A stretch of DNA of 51,139 bases, taken from positions 1-51,139 of the forward strand of contig JBFXGX010000012.1 in NCBI GenBank assembly GCA_050177605.1, read 5' to 3'. Made by a program: the position numbers and the translations under genes. Positions within the stretch are counted from its first letter, which is position 1; each line of letters opens with the position of its first letter. Positions 17,837-27,002 of the stretch are shown one piece after another. The notes beneath the pieces were generated by a model that was not told the DNA's origin, made no database searches, and saw only the letters and a list, made by a program, of their open reading frames with translations. The DNA comes from Candidatus Izemoplasmatales bacterium (GTDB lineage Bacteria; Bacillota_I; Bacilli_A; Izemoplasmatales; Hujiaoplasmataceae).

Positions 17837-20800
17837 TGCGATTTTTACTCGTGGAACCAATATCCTTGTAAGTGCTGGGGCAGGATCTGGAAAAACTGCA
17901 GTGTTATCACAACGTGTGATAGAACGTTTGAAAGAAGGGTTGAATATTGATGAGTTTGTCATCCTTACCTTTACAAAAGCTGCCGCAGAAGAAATGAAAA
18001 CGAGAATTAAAAAGAAGATAAAACTTGAACCAACGCTTCTTACGCAACTGGTAAGACTAGATAATGCAATGATTTCGACCTTTGATAGTTTCTGTTTGAG
18101 AATTGTGAAAACCTATGGTTATTATAATGGAATTCCTAGTGATATACATCTTACAGATGCACTCATTGTTCAAACGTTGAAAGAACAAGTATTTAATCAA
18201 GTATTAGAAGAAGCTTATCATGAAAGCAATCCTAAGTTTATCTCTACGTTGTCATTGTTATTTGACAAAGGTGATCAAACTTTAGTCAGCGGATTAAAGA
18301 AGTTTATCAATTTGCTTGAACGGATTCCGCTACCGATTAATTATTTGAGAAATTATCAAAATCAATTTTTCACAGACGACTTTGAACAAAAAATCATTGG
18401 TGATTTCTTTTCTCTACTCCAAGAAGAAATCACAGACATTTATCATTCCTATCTTCCGTTCAAAGAAGAATTCTATATGATAGAAGATAAAATCAAACAG
18501 TTTTTTGAAACTTATGACATCATTATTTCCAATTTAAAATCGAGAGAAGCTGATGATCTTTTATCTTATATCCAAACAATCAGTTTTCCTCGAAAACCGA
18601 CACTCAAAGAGGATCCAGATTGGAATCAATCCTTTACAGAAGCCCATGATGTATTTAAAGTAGGAATTCAAAATCTGAAAAAGAAACTTAAAACGCTATT
18701 TATCGAGAAAACAGAAGACATTCAATCTAGTTACCATTTATCGACAGAACATGTGACCCTGTTTGTTGAGTTAGCGCATCGCTATTTTGAGTTACTTGAA
18801 TCGACCTATTTTTCTGAATCAATTTACGATTATAATCGGATCATGAATTTAGCAATTTCACTATTTGAAGAGAATGAATTACTGAGAGATCAATTTAAAA
18901 ACTCAATTAAAGAAATTATGATTGATGAATATCAAGATACGAATGATTTTCAAGAGTATTTAATGAACTTAATTAGCAATCACAATTTATTTATGGTTGG
19001 AGATATGAAACAATCCATCTATGGGTTTAGAAACGCAAATCCAGCAAACTTCCTAAGAAAATATCTCTCCTATGATAAAGATCAGCTTGGTAAGGTGATT
19101 GTATTAGATCAAAATTATCGTTCAAGAAATGAAGTCCTACAAGACATTAACATGATTTTTTCTGAATTAATGGATGAACGAATTGGTGGAATTAATTATC
19201 ATGACCGTCAAGCATTAACTTTTGGCAGAGAGGCTTTTTTGAGTCATCAAGTAGAGAACTATCAAAGCGAAGTTGTTGTTTATGATAGTGTGCTAGAAAA
19301 AGAAAAGAATCGCGATTTTAATTCAAGTGAATATGAAGCTAAGATTGTCTGTGCTGACATTATTCATAAAATTAAGAATGGTTACCAAGTATTTGATACA
19401 GATGAAAATAAATTACGACTTGCATCGCCAAAAGACTTTGCGATTCTTATCGACCGTAAATCTTCATTTGACATTTATGAGCGTATTTTTCAAGAAAATG
19501 GGTTACCTATTTTAAAGGTATCTGACTCTTCATTTAGTTCTGAAGTTGAAATTTTGACAATACATCAATTGTTACGCTTTATGTTAGCTACGAACGAAAC
19601 TACCTACTATAAACAATACTTTAAAACCTCTTTGTATGGGGTTCTAAGGTCTTTTGTCTTTCAAGTGGAAGATAGTAAGGCTCTTGATCTAATCGTGTCT
19701 TTAAAAGGAAATATGCAAGAGGATTTAGCAATCATATCAAACGCAATTGGTAAAGACTTTATTGAGTCATTTAAGGTGTTATATGCAGCATCGAAAATAG
19801 AACCGCTCGCGATGTTTTTTGAAACCTTTATTAATAAATTTGATTTATTCAACAAAATGCTTCAACTAGAGAATCCTCTTGATTCACAAAGAAGAGTTCA
19901 TCACCTCTATCATCTTGCGTCTGAGTTAGAAGGGTATACTTTGGAATCCTTTGTCCTTTATCTCGATAAAATCTATAATGATAGTGAATTTGATATTGAA
20001 TATACTCAGATGATTGACTTTTCAGAAGACAAAGTCAAATTATTATCCATCCATAAATCGAAAGGGTTAGAGTTCCCTGTTTGTTATTTTAGTGGTTTGA
20101 CCAAAAAATTCAATTTTCAACCTGATAAGTCAGCTATTCTGTTTGATCAAGCCTATGGGCTTTATATCCCTCCTTATATGAATGGGTTTTATGATTCAGC
20201 TGTTAAATTATTAATGGACAGACGTTCTAAGGAATCCTTTCTGTCAGAACAAATTCGACTCTTTTATGTGGCACTTACCAGAGCAAAAGAAAAAATAATC
20301 TTTATTGTTGATGAGTCGAAGATGAAACCAATGACGCTATATAAGGATTCATTTGGTGTGATACTCCCTTCCACAAGAGAGAAGATATCCTCTTTTTCTA
20401 CATTGTTAGCGATGGTTGAAGGCTTGAAGAGCAGGTATCAAACAGCGCTGATTCATTCAGATGTCTATGTTCCTGATAAACCATCCCAAGAACGCCTAAC
20501 GTACCCAAAAGAACGAAAAACAATTTCTTTCGTATCAAAGAATGTTGAAATGACTCATTTTTCGAAAGAACAACTCAGTATTCCTTCAAAATCACAGATT
20601 GAAGCGATGAACTTTGGTAGTGAGGTCCATTTACAGATGGAAGCATTTCCTTGGAAAAACTATCATCAAGCTATTTCTTTAGTTGATCCAAGTTTCAAAC
20701 GATACATCGAAAAATTTTATGAACGATTTGAAGAAGATATCAAAGAGTCTATCTCCATTTTACAAGAATACGCTTTTACAGAAAATAAAGAGGACAAAAC

Positions 20801-21005
20801 TTATCATGGTGTGATTGACTTCATCATCATCAAGAAAACAGAAGTAATAGTCATCGACTACAAACTAAAAAATATCGAAGATGAAGCCTACATAATGCAG
20901 GTTACAGGATACATGGACTATTTAAAAGGTTATTTTCCAAATCACCAAATGAAAGGATTTTTATACTCGTTGATATCCACAGAAATGAAAGAGGTAAGAT
21001 CATGA
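17811..21005 (+). CDS. addA: AddA/RexA helicase-nuclease (UvrD-like SF1)
   Basis: VSAGAGSGKT, LTFTKAAAEEMK, IDEYQD, VGDMKQSIYGFR, SIHKSKGLEF, YVALTRAK, C-terminal GVIDF..IDYK. GTG 17811 after GAGGGTG. Confidence 0.92.
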   Translation: MEFTKAQNDAIFTRGTNILVSAGAGSGKTAVLSQRVIERLKEGLNIDEFVILTFTKAAAEEMKTRIKKKIKLEPTLLTQLVRLDNAMISTFDSFCLRIVKTYGYYNGIPSDIHLTDALIVQTLKEQVFNQVLEEAYHESNPKFISTLSLLFDKGDQTLVSGLKKFINLLERIPLPINYLRNYQNQFFTDDFEQKIIGDFFSLLQEEITDIYHSYLPFKEEFYMIEDKIKQFFETYDIIISNLKSREADDLLSYIQTISFPRKPTLKEDPDWNQSFTEAHDVFKVGIQNLKKKLKTLFIEKTEDIQSSYHLSTEHVTLFVELAHRYFELLESTYFSESIYDYNRIMNLAISLFEENELLRDQFKNSIKEIMIDEYQDTNDFQEYLMNLISNHNLFMVGDMKQSIYGFRNANPANFLRKYLSYDKDQLGKVIVLDQNYRSRNEVLQDINMIFSELMDERIGGINYHDRQALTFGREAFLSHQVENYQSEVVVYDSVLEKEKNRDFNSSEYEAKIVCADIIHKIKNGYQVFDTDENKLRLASPKDFAILIDRKSSFDIYERIFQENGLPILKVSDSSFSSEVEILTIHQLLRFMLATNETTYYKQYFKTSLYGVLRSFVFQVEDSKALDLIVSLKGNMQEDLAIISNAIGKDFIESFKVLYAASKIEPLAMFFETFINKFDLFNKMLQLENPLDSQRRVHHLYHLASELEGYTLESFVLYLDKIYNDSEFDIEYTQMIDFSEDKVKLLSIHKSKGLEFPVCYFSGLTKKFNFQPDKSAILFDQAYGLYIPPYMNGFYDSAVKLLMDRRSKESFLSEQIRLFYVALTRAKEKIIFIVDESKMKPMTLYKDSFGVILPSTREKISSFSTLLAMVEGLKSRYQTALIHSDVYVPDKPSQERLTYPKERKTISFVSKNVEMTHFSKEQLSIPSKSQIEAMNFGSEVHLQMEAFPWKNYHQAISLVDPSFKRYIEKFYERFEEDIKESISILQEYAFTENKEDKTYHGVIDFIIIKKTEVIVIDYKLKNIEDEAYIMQVTGYMDYLKGYFPNHQMKGFLYSLISTEMKEVRS

Positions 21006-22771
21006 TATTTCCAAAAGTAAAACAGATAAAGTATGGCGCTACGCTTGACAAAAACTTCAATGTATATTTATGTAAAGAAGATTTAGGTGAATCACTCCTC
21101 GAAGTAGCGAGGTTATATTTCAATGATTTTCAAGCGGATCGTGCTGTGATTTGGCAAAAAAATGATAGTTTACTAAACGATGAGTACAAACTAAGAATTG
21201 ATTCGTCAATTGTGGTTGAATATCATTCCTATAGTTCTAGAGTCTATGCATTATATACACTTGATCAACTCCAAAAATCTTCATTGAATTGCACAGTAGA
21301 AATTCACGATTTTCCTGATTTAAAGACGCGAGGATTCATGCTTGATATCTCTCGAAACAAAATTCCGACGATGGAAGAAATAAAAAAACTAATTCGACAA
21401 CTTTCCTACCTAAAGATGAATCATTTCGAACTCTATATAGAAGGATTTTCATTTACCGACGCCTCTTATAGAAAAGCGGATTATCGAAATTCGCTCACCA
21501 AAGAAGAATTCAAGGAATTACAACAGTATGCTTCCATTTTCGCTGTTGACTTGGTCCCAAATATGAATGGGCTTGGACATATGAGTTCATGGTTAAGTTT
21601 ACCAGAATATAAACATCTTGCGGAAAAAGAAGATGGGTTTATCCAGTGGGGTAATTTCTATCAACCATCCACGATTTATCCTCAATATGAAGAAAGCTTT
21701 GATTTAGTGAAGCAGCTATATCAACCCTTAATTGAAACCGCTACGTCTCCTTATTTTCATATGAATCTTGATGAACCTTTTGAACTTGGAAGAGGAAAAA
21801 GCAAGGAACTGTCCGAACAAATCGGTAAAGGTAAAATCTACTTGTCTTGGGTTCATAAGCTATCTAGTTACGTAAAGGGAATGGGTAAAATTCCACTCAT
21901 GTGGGCCGATGTGATATTCGAACACCCCGAACTAGTTAGTGAATGTCCACAAGATCTTATCTACTGTGACTGGGGATATGATCAGGGTTATCCGTTTGAG
22001 GAACATGCAAAAATATTGAGTCAATCCAATCTTTCATTTTTATTATGCCCAGGAACGAGTTCATGGAATAGTTTTACTTCTCGTTATGCTGATATGTACA
22101 AAACAACAATGGATGCGTGTCAAGTTGCAAAAAAATATCACGGTGATGGTATAATTACAACTGATTGGGGAGATCATGGGCATATCCAACCAATTCTCTT
22201 TTCGTATCTTGGAATCATCACAGCATCGCTTGAATCTTGGTATAATACAACAGATTTAGATGTCATTGAAATACTCGATACAGTATTTATCAAAGATCAT
22301 TCATTAAGTGTCTTGATCTATCAACTAAGCCAATATTCAACCTTGGAAAATATTTATGTTTATAATGGCACGATGATGTTTTTCCCAATCATGTATGCGA
22401 GCCCTGACAAATCAATTCCCGTTGAAGAACGAAGCACCAAATTTCTTTCAGGACTTCATTCGCGTAAACAAAATGATGAATCCCATTTGAAGTTAAAGGA
22501 AGAATTTACTTTGCGTAAAATTCAACTTACAAAGACAGTTTCACTAGAATCGCTTGAAATATCTTTAATGATTGACATTCTACTGCTCATGAATGAGATT
22601 CATTATCATTATAATCATCAAGATTCTACTTTATTCGAACCAAGTAGAAGGATTGACGAAATAATCACAAAGCTCAAAGAAATCTGGTTAAAACGGAATC
22701 GATATTCTTATCTAGATGAGACAATCAAAAGATGGGAATCTCTTAAAGAAATCATCGAATTTCTTGGATAA
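21002..22771 (+). CDS. Glycoside hydrolase family 20 (beta-N-acetylhexosaminidase-like), no signal peptide
   Basis: IHDFPDLKTRGFMLDISR, PNMNGLGH, HMNLDE catalytic Asp-Glu, MWADV, TTDWGDHGH; ATGA overlap with addA. Confidence 0.85.
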   Translation: MIFPKVKQIKYGATLDKNFNVYLCKEDLGESLLEVARLYFNDFQADRAVIWQKNDSLLNDEYKLRIDSSIVVEYHSYSSRVYALYTLDQLQKSSLNCTVEIHDFPDLKTRGFMLDISRNKIPTMEEIKKLIRQLSYLKMNHFELYIEGFSFTDASYRKADYRNSLTKEEFKELQQYASIFAVDLVPNMNGLGHMSSWLSLPEYKHLAEKEDGFIQWGNFYQPSTIYPQYEESFDLVKQLYQPLIETATSPYFHMNLDEPFELGRGKSKELSEQIGKGKIYLSWVHKLSSYVKGMGKIPLMWADVIFEHPELVSECPQDLIYCDWGYDQGYPFEEHAKILSQSNLSFLLCPGTSSWNSFTSRYADMYKTTMDACQVAKKYHGDGIITTDWGDHGHIQPILFSYLGIITASLESWYNTTDLDVIEILDTVFIKDHSLSVLIYQLSQYSTLENIYVYNGTMMFFPIMYASPDKSIPVEERSTKFLSGLHSRKQNDESHLKLKEEFTLRKIQLTKTVSLESLEISLMIDILLLMNEIHYHYNHQDSTLFEPSRRIDEIITKLKEIWLKRNRYSYLDETIKRWESLKEIIEFLG

Positions 22772-22806
22772 TATGATATAATATTTTAAAAAAAGGGGGT
22801 TGTAAG

Positions 22807-23760
22807 ATGGATGTCATCACAGAATTAAAAGAAGCAGTAAAGCATTATCAAGTTCGTCAATATGATTTAGCCTTACCCATCTTTAAAAAGTATGCCAAAC
22901 TCAAAGACCCTCAAAGTATGTATTATTTAGGTTTGATGTCCTATTATGGAAATGGGCTCAAACAAAACAGTAAAGACGCTTACCTTTATTTTGTGAAAGC
23001 AAAAGAAGAACGGATTATAGATGCATCATATATGATTGGCTTAATGTATGAATTAGGTCAATACGTCGAGCAAAACTATGAACAAGCTTATCAGTTCTAT
23101 CAAGCAGCCTTTCATGAAGGACATAGTGAATCAGGAATTAAAATTGCCTACTTTTATGAACAAGGTTATTTTGTAGAAAAGAATATGAAAAAGGCCATTG
23201 AGACCTATGTGGAATGTGCTAAAAAAGATCATCCATACGCACTTTATAAAATTGGCAAAGCTTATTTAACTGGCGAAGGAATCAGAAAGAGCACAGAAAA
23301 TGCACATGTATGGTTGAATAAAGCACTGCTCCAAGGTTCAACGGATGCGATGAATGAATTTCGACTTCTCGGATCGAAATCTTCAAGTGATATAAGAACA
23401 AAAGAACAACTTTTTTCAATTGGTATGGAGTTAGTCACGAATAAGCGTGAAGAGGATGCCTTTATCTATTTCGAAATTGCTTCAAATGAAGGACATAACG
23501 GCGCGCTTCATCAACTCATCGATTTAATGAAATCGTCACAGAATATTAACTATGAAAAATATTTTGAATTATTAGAAACAGGCGCGAAACGAAAAGATGG
23601 TTATTCAATCTTTCTTTTAGGCAAAGCTTATGAGCAAGGTCAGGGTTGCCTTTCTTCATTGTTAAAAGCTGAATCGTTTTATTTAAAAGCAATTGAATGC
23701 GAATACACTGAAGCGACGAGTGCACTAAAAAAGATTCGAGGTGACATCTATGAACGTTGA
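22807..23760 (+). CDS. Sel1-like repeat protein
   Basis: Repeats of the form YYLGLMSYYGNGLKQN, YMIGLMYELGQYVEQNYEQA, YKIGKAYLTGEGIRKS; own extended -10 TGaTATAAT at 22774-22782. Confidence 0.88.
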   Translation: MDVITELKEAVKHYQVRQYDLALPIFKKYAKLKDPQSMYYLGLMSYYGNGLKQNSKDAYLYFVKAKEERIIDASYMIGLMYELGQYVEQNYEQAYQFYQAAFHEGHSESGIKIAYFYEQGYFVEKNMKKAIETYVECAKKDHPYALYKIGKAYLTGEGIRKSTENAHVWLNKALLQGSTDAMNEFRLLGSKSSSDIRTKEQLFSIGMELVTNKREEDAFIYFEIASNEGHNGALHQLIDLMKSSQNINYEKYFELLETGAKRKDGYSIFLLGKAYEQGQGCLSSLLKAESFYLKAIECEYTEATSALKKIRGDIYER

Positions 23761-25462
23761 TTCGAATCCTAAAAAATTGAATGAAATTGGTGAAAGTTAT
23801 TTCACAGGCAATGGCCAAGTAAAAAATATCGAGATTGCTTTTTCATACTTTAAAAAAGCCGCTGATTTGGAAAATCCAGTCGGATATTATAATCTTGGTC
23901 GGTATTATTTTGAAATTAATCAACCAAAACAAGCATTATTATCGATGCAAAAAGCTGCAGCGTTAGGATATTCATTTGCTTATTTGGAGTTATCAAACTT
24001 TGCATTAAAAGGGATTGGTCAAAGAAAGAGCAAACAAAAAGCATTCAAATACTTACTTGAAGCAACGAAACAAGGTGAGCCGGATTCATTCCATTTGATT
24101 GCGAATTTCTATTATAAAGGAATCGGTGTTAAAAAGGATCCAAATAAAGCGTGGAGTTATTATCAAAAATCCGCTGATATGAATCATCCAGAAGGATTAT
24201 ATCAACTTGGAATGCTTTATCTTTCGCTAAAACAAAATAATAAGAACATGGAACAAGCTCTTCATTATCTTGATAAATCAGCGACGCTTTTGCATCCACT
24301 TGCGATTCTAGAACTCAAAAACATTTATCAAAGTAAACATCGATACTTTTCCAAAAAATCTTCAGCCTATCTAAGAGAAATGGTCTTTTACTACCAAGAA
24401 CTCAGTGCAAAAGCTGGAAATATTGATGATTTGAAAGAAGTATCGATGACCTACTATTTTGGCAGTGACATTATCAAAGTAAATTACGAAAAGAGTTTAA
24501 CTTATTTCACAGACCTTGCAAGTAAAAAAATCGATGTTGGATATTACGGGTTAGGACTTCATTACTTGTATCAAAAAGAAGTAAAACAAGATTTATCGAA
24601 GGCATATCAACTCTTTGAACTGGCTAAAAACTTGAATTATCCTAAAGCTTATTCAAGACTTGGCGATATCGAAAGGGCAGAAGCTGAAGATAGTGTTCAT
24701 TTTGAAAAAGCAAAAGATTATTATGTTGAGGGTGCTAAACTAGGAGATGATGATGCATTACTACAATTAGGATTGCTTCATTATCGAGCGCAAGTAAAAA
24801 GTGCTACTTTTGAACTCGCATTTCAGTATATGACATCTGCATATAAAAAGGGAAATACACAAGCTGCTTATTGGCTTGGTATCTTCTACGATAAAGGGGT
24901 CGGGACAAAACGAAACGCAGCCCTTGCAAAGAAACATTTTGAAAAAGCGCTTGAACAGAAACATACTGGCGCAATTTATAAATATGCATGTTTTATGTAT
25001 GATGAAATCAAAGCAGAGAAAAGATTAACGAAATCAGGACAAAAAAAGTTAACCAAAGCCTATGAAATGTTACTTGATTATTGTGACCTTGAGGATGCCT
25101 CTAAACTGAATAAAGCCTATTCCTATCAAACGATAGCGGATGCATTTGAAACTGGTTATGGCGTAAAAACAAATCCTCTAGCAGCCCGTTATTATACAGA
25201 AAAAGCGGCAGAGTTGAATTTAACAACGAGTCTCATCAAAATGTTTTTACTGCTAAAAGAGAAAGAATTAGAAAATGCTTTATCTTATCTAAATAAAGCC
25301 GTCTCGATAAATGATGATGCTGAAGCTTTCTATCAATATGGATTATTGTTCCTAAATGGCTTTCAAACCATAGAAAAAAATATTGATCGCGCAAAAATGT
25401 ACCTTGAAAAAGCAGCGAAAATGGGACATAAATCAGCACTAGAAAAAATAATGATGATGTAG
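23750..25462 (+). CDS. Sel1-like repeat protein (many repeats)
   Basis: IGESYFTGNGQVKNIEIAFSYFKKAAD, IANFYYKGIGVKKDPNKAWSYYQKSAD, LGIFYDKGVGTKRN; ATG 23750 after SD GAGGTG inside the end of the upstream gene. Confidence 0.9.
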   Translation: MNVDSNPKKLNEIGESYFTGNGQVKNIEIAFSYFKKAADLENPVGYYNLGRYYFEINQPKQALLSMQKAAALGYSFAYLELSNFALKGIGQRKSKQKAFKYLLEATKQGEPDSFHLIANFYYKGIGVKKDPNKAWSYYQKSADMNHPEGLYQLGMLYLSLKQNNKNMEQALHYLDKSATLLHPLAILELKNIYQSKHRYFSKKSSAYLREMVFYYQELSAKAGNIDDLKEVSMTYYFGSDIIKVNYEKSLTYFTDLASKKIDVGYYGLGLHYLYQKEVKQDLSKAYQLFELAKNLNYPKAYSRLGDIERAEAEDSVHFEKAKDYYVEGAKLGDDDALLQLGLLHYRAQVKSATFELAFQYMTSAYKKGNTQAAYWLGIFYDKGVGTKRNAALAKKHFEKALEQKHTGAIYKYACFMYDEIKAEKRLTKSGQKKLTKAYEMLLDYCDLEDASKLNKAYSYQTIADAFETGYGVKTNPLAARYYTEKAAELNLTTSLIKMFLLLKEKELENALSYLNKAVSINDDAEAFYQYGLLFLNGFQTIEKNIDRAKMYLEKAAKMGHKSALEKIMMM

Positions 25463-25473
25463 AGATAAAAACG

Positions 25474-25497
25474 AAGATGCTATTGCATCTTTTTTTT
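25474..25497 (+). terminator. Intrinsic terminator
   Basis: AAGATGC-tatt-GCATCTT followed by a T run. Confidence 0.8.
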
Positions 25498-25599
25498 GTG
25501 ATGAAATGATGAATTTTTCGAGGAATTTTATGGTGTTGAGAAGTATTTTGATTTCCAATATGATATACTATAAAAAAGAAACCTTAGGAGGTAAGAAAA

Positions 25600-26646
25600 A
25601 TGGTTTTTCCACACAAAGAATTTGAAAAAACATCATGTAAAGATGCTAATATTGACAAAGGCTATTTAGCCGATATGTTTGATTACATCGAAAAAGAAAA
25701 ACTGAATATTCACTCAATGCTACTAATTAAGGACGGTGCCAAAATATTTGACGCGTATGCTTATTCATTTGTTCCAAATCAACGCGAAGACATTTATAGT
25801 GTTTCTAAATCGTTCACAAGTATTGCAATTGGTATTTGTCAAGATCAAGGATTACTGAAAGTTTCTGACAAAGTTTTACCTTATTTTGAAAAAGATATTA
25901 CTTCATCAGCTCCTGGCTATGAGTCACTAACCATTAAACATTTACTAACAATGTCTGTTGGTCAAGCTGAAGACGTATCTTCTCAATTCGTTGAAAATGC
26001 AAATCCTTATCAAATTTTCTTTAATGCACCCCTCTTGAATGAACCAGGAACAACATTTTTATATAACAATGCTGCATCGTTTATTTTATCTGCGATTGTA
26101 TCAAAAGTAACGAAGTCCTCATTAAATGATTTTCTTGATAAATATCTATATCAAAAACTTGAAATCAATAAACCTCTTTGGAAAAGTATTGGAAATGTTA
26201 GCCTAGGCGCTACTGGCTTAGAACTTGCGACGATTGACCTAGCAAAATTTGGATTATTACTTCTCGATAATGGTGTTTGGAGAAATGAGGTTATCGTTTC
26301 AAAAGCATATATTGAAGAAGCGACAAAGTCACATATCTCAACAATCCAAAACGAAACCGAAAGAGATCGATATGGATATGGCTATCAATTCTGGATGAAT
26401 GATTTTGGTGATTATCGAGCAGCAGGCTGGAAGAGCCAATTCATTATTGTCAATAAGAGATTCAATACTGTATTTGCAATTCAGGCATGGGAAGACCGTA
26501 ATCTCGCAGTGCTGTTTTCTGACTATATTCTCCCTGCACTAGAAAAGGGATGGTTATTTGACAGCGTTTCATTAAGAGATTATATCCGTCGTTTCCATGT
26601 ATCTTCGGAAAGTTTAGTAGAAGAAGAAAAAAAGACAAGAAAATAA
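25600..26646 (+). CDS. Serine hydrolase, class C beta-lactamase/esterase family, cytoplasmic
   Basis: YSVSKSF (SxxK), LTIKHLLTM, EPGTTFLYNN (YxN), DLAKFG, YGYQFW; no signal peptide; SD AGGAGG. Confidence 0.85.
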   Translation: MVFPHKEFEKTSCKDANIDKGYLADMFDYIEKEKLNIHSMLLIKDGAKIFDAYAYSFVPNQREDIYSVSKSFTSIAIGICQDQGLLKVSDKVLPYFEKDITSSAPGYESLTIKHLLTMSVGQAEDVSSQFVENANPYQIFFNAPLLNEPGTTFLYNNAASFILSAIVSKVTKSSLNDFLDKYLYQKLEINKPLWKSIGNVSLGATGLELATIDLAKFGLLLLDNGVWRNEVIVSKAYIEEATKSHISTIQNETERDRYGYGYQFWMNDFGDYRAAGWKSQFIIVNKRFNTVFAIQAWEDRNLAVLFSDYILPALEKGWLFDSVSLRDYIRRFHVSSESLVEEEKKTRK

Positions 26647-26652
26647 AAATCT

Positions 26653-26690
26653 AAAGAAAGCGTAATCATTGATATTCGCTTTCTTTTTTT
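26653..26690 (+). terminator. Intrinsic terminator
   Basis: AAAGAAAGCG...CGCTTTCTTT followed by a T run. Confidence 0.75.
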
Positions 26691-26691
26691 C

Positions 26692-26720
26692 TTGCAATTC
26701 AAATAAACCTTCGTTATAAT
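26692..26720 (+). promoter_or_regulatory. Promoter of the T-box leader/metNIQ
   Basis: TTGCAA-17 nt-TATAAT. Confidence 0.78.
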
Positions 26721-26737
26721 ATAGACAATAAAATAAA

Positions 26738-26982
26738 TACGCAGAAAAGAAGAGCGACTATAAAAATCTATTAGAAGAGAGCTTGAGTATGGTGAAATCA
26801 AGCATAGAGAGTCTATAGAAGTGATGATCTTGGAGTAGTGTTGGTGAAAAGTCTTTAGTAATCAACATCGGTTTTGCCCGTTACAGCAATAGAGTATAAT
26901 CGTCACGACGTACTTGAACACTGCTTTTTTTATTTCTATAAAAACTTTTTAAAAGGGTGCTCACTTTCGGTCACCCTTTTTT
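26738..26982 (+). ncRNA. T-box-type leader with Met specifier; antiterminator degenerate
   Basis: Stem I with AGAGA bulge, GCTTGA..GGTGAAA..TCAAGC apical hairpin, GAA..ATG-A specifier (ATG 26824-26826), TCTTGGAG base. Stem II with GAA/AGTA. F-box CCGTTA (26878-26883). The 3' part reads AAAAGGGTGCTCAC instead of AGGGTGGNACC. Confidence 0.8.
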
Positions 26983-27002
26983 ATTTTTGTAAAGGAGAAC
27001 TT

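Noticed and set aside
15527..21005. Cas4-like nuclease plus helicase as a CRISPR or defence module
   Set aside because: The four-Cys PD-(D/E)XK domain followed by a UvrD helicase-nuclease is the standard AddAB layout, and there are no cas genes or array.
23741..23760. Frameshift splitting a single Sel1 gene
   Set aside because: The second ORF has a well-spaced SD (GAGGTG) and ATG, with no slippery run at the junction; overlapping starts are common in this window.
25530..25625. 31-codon ORF (MVLRSILISN...) after GAGG, overlapping the serine hydrolase start
   Set aside because: It begins after a terminator and upstream of the likely -10 box (TGATATACT), so it is probably not transcribed.
26874..27002. 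43-aa N-terminal extension of MetN in the ORF track
   Set aside because: It overlaps the T-box leader RNA; the real start is ATG 27003 after AAGGAG.
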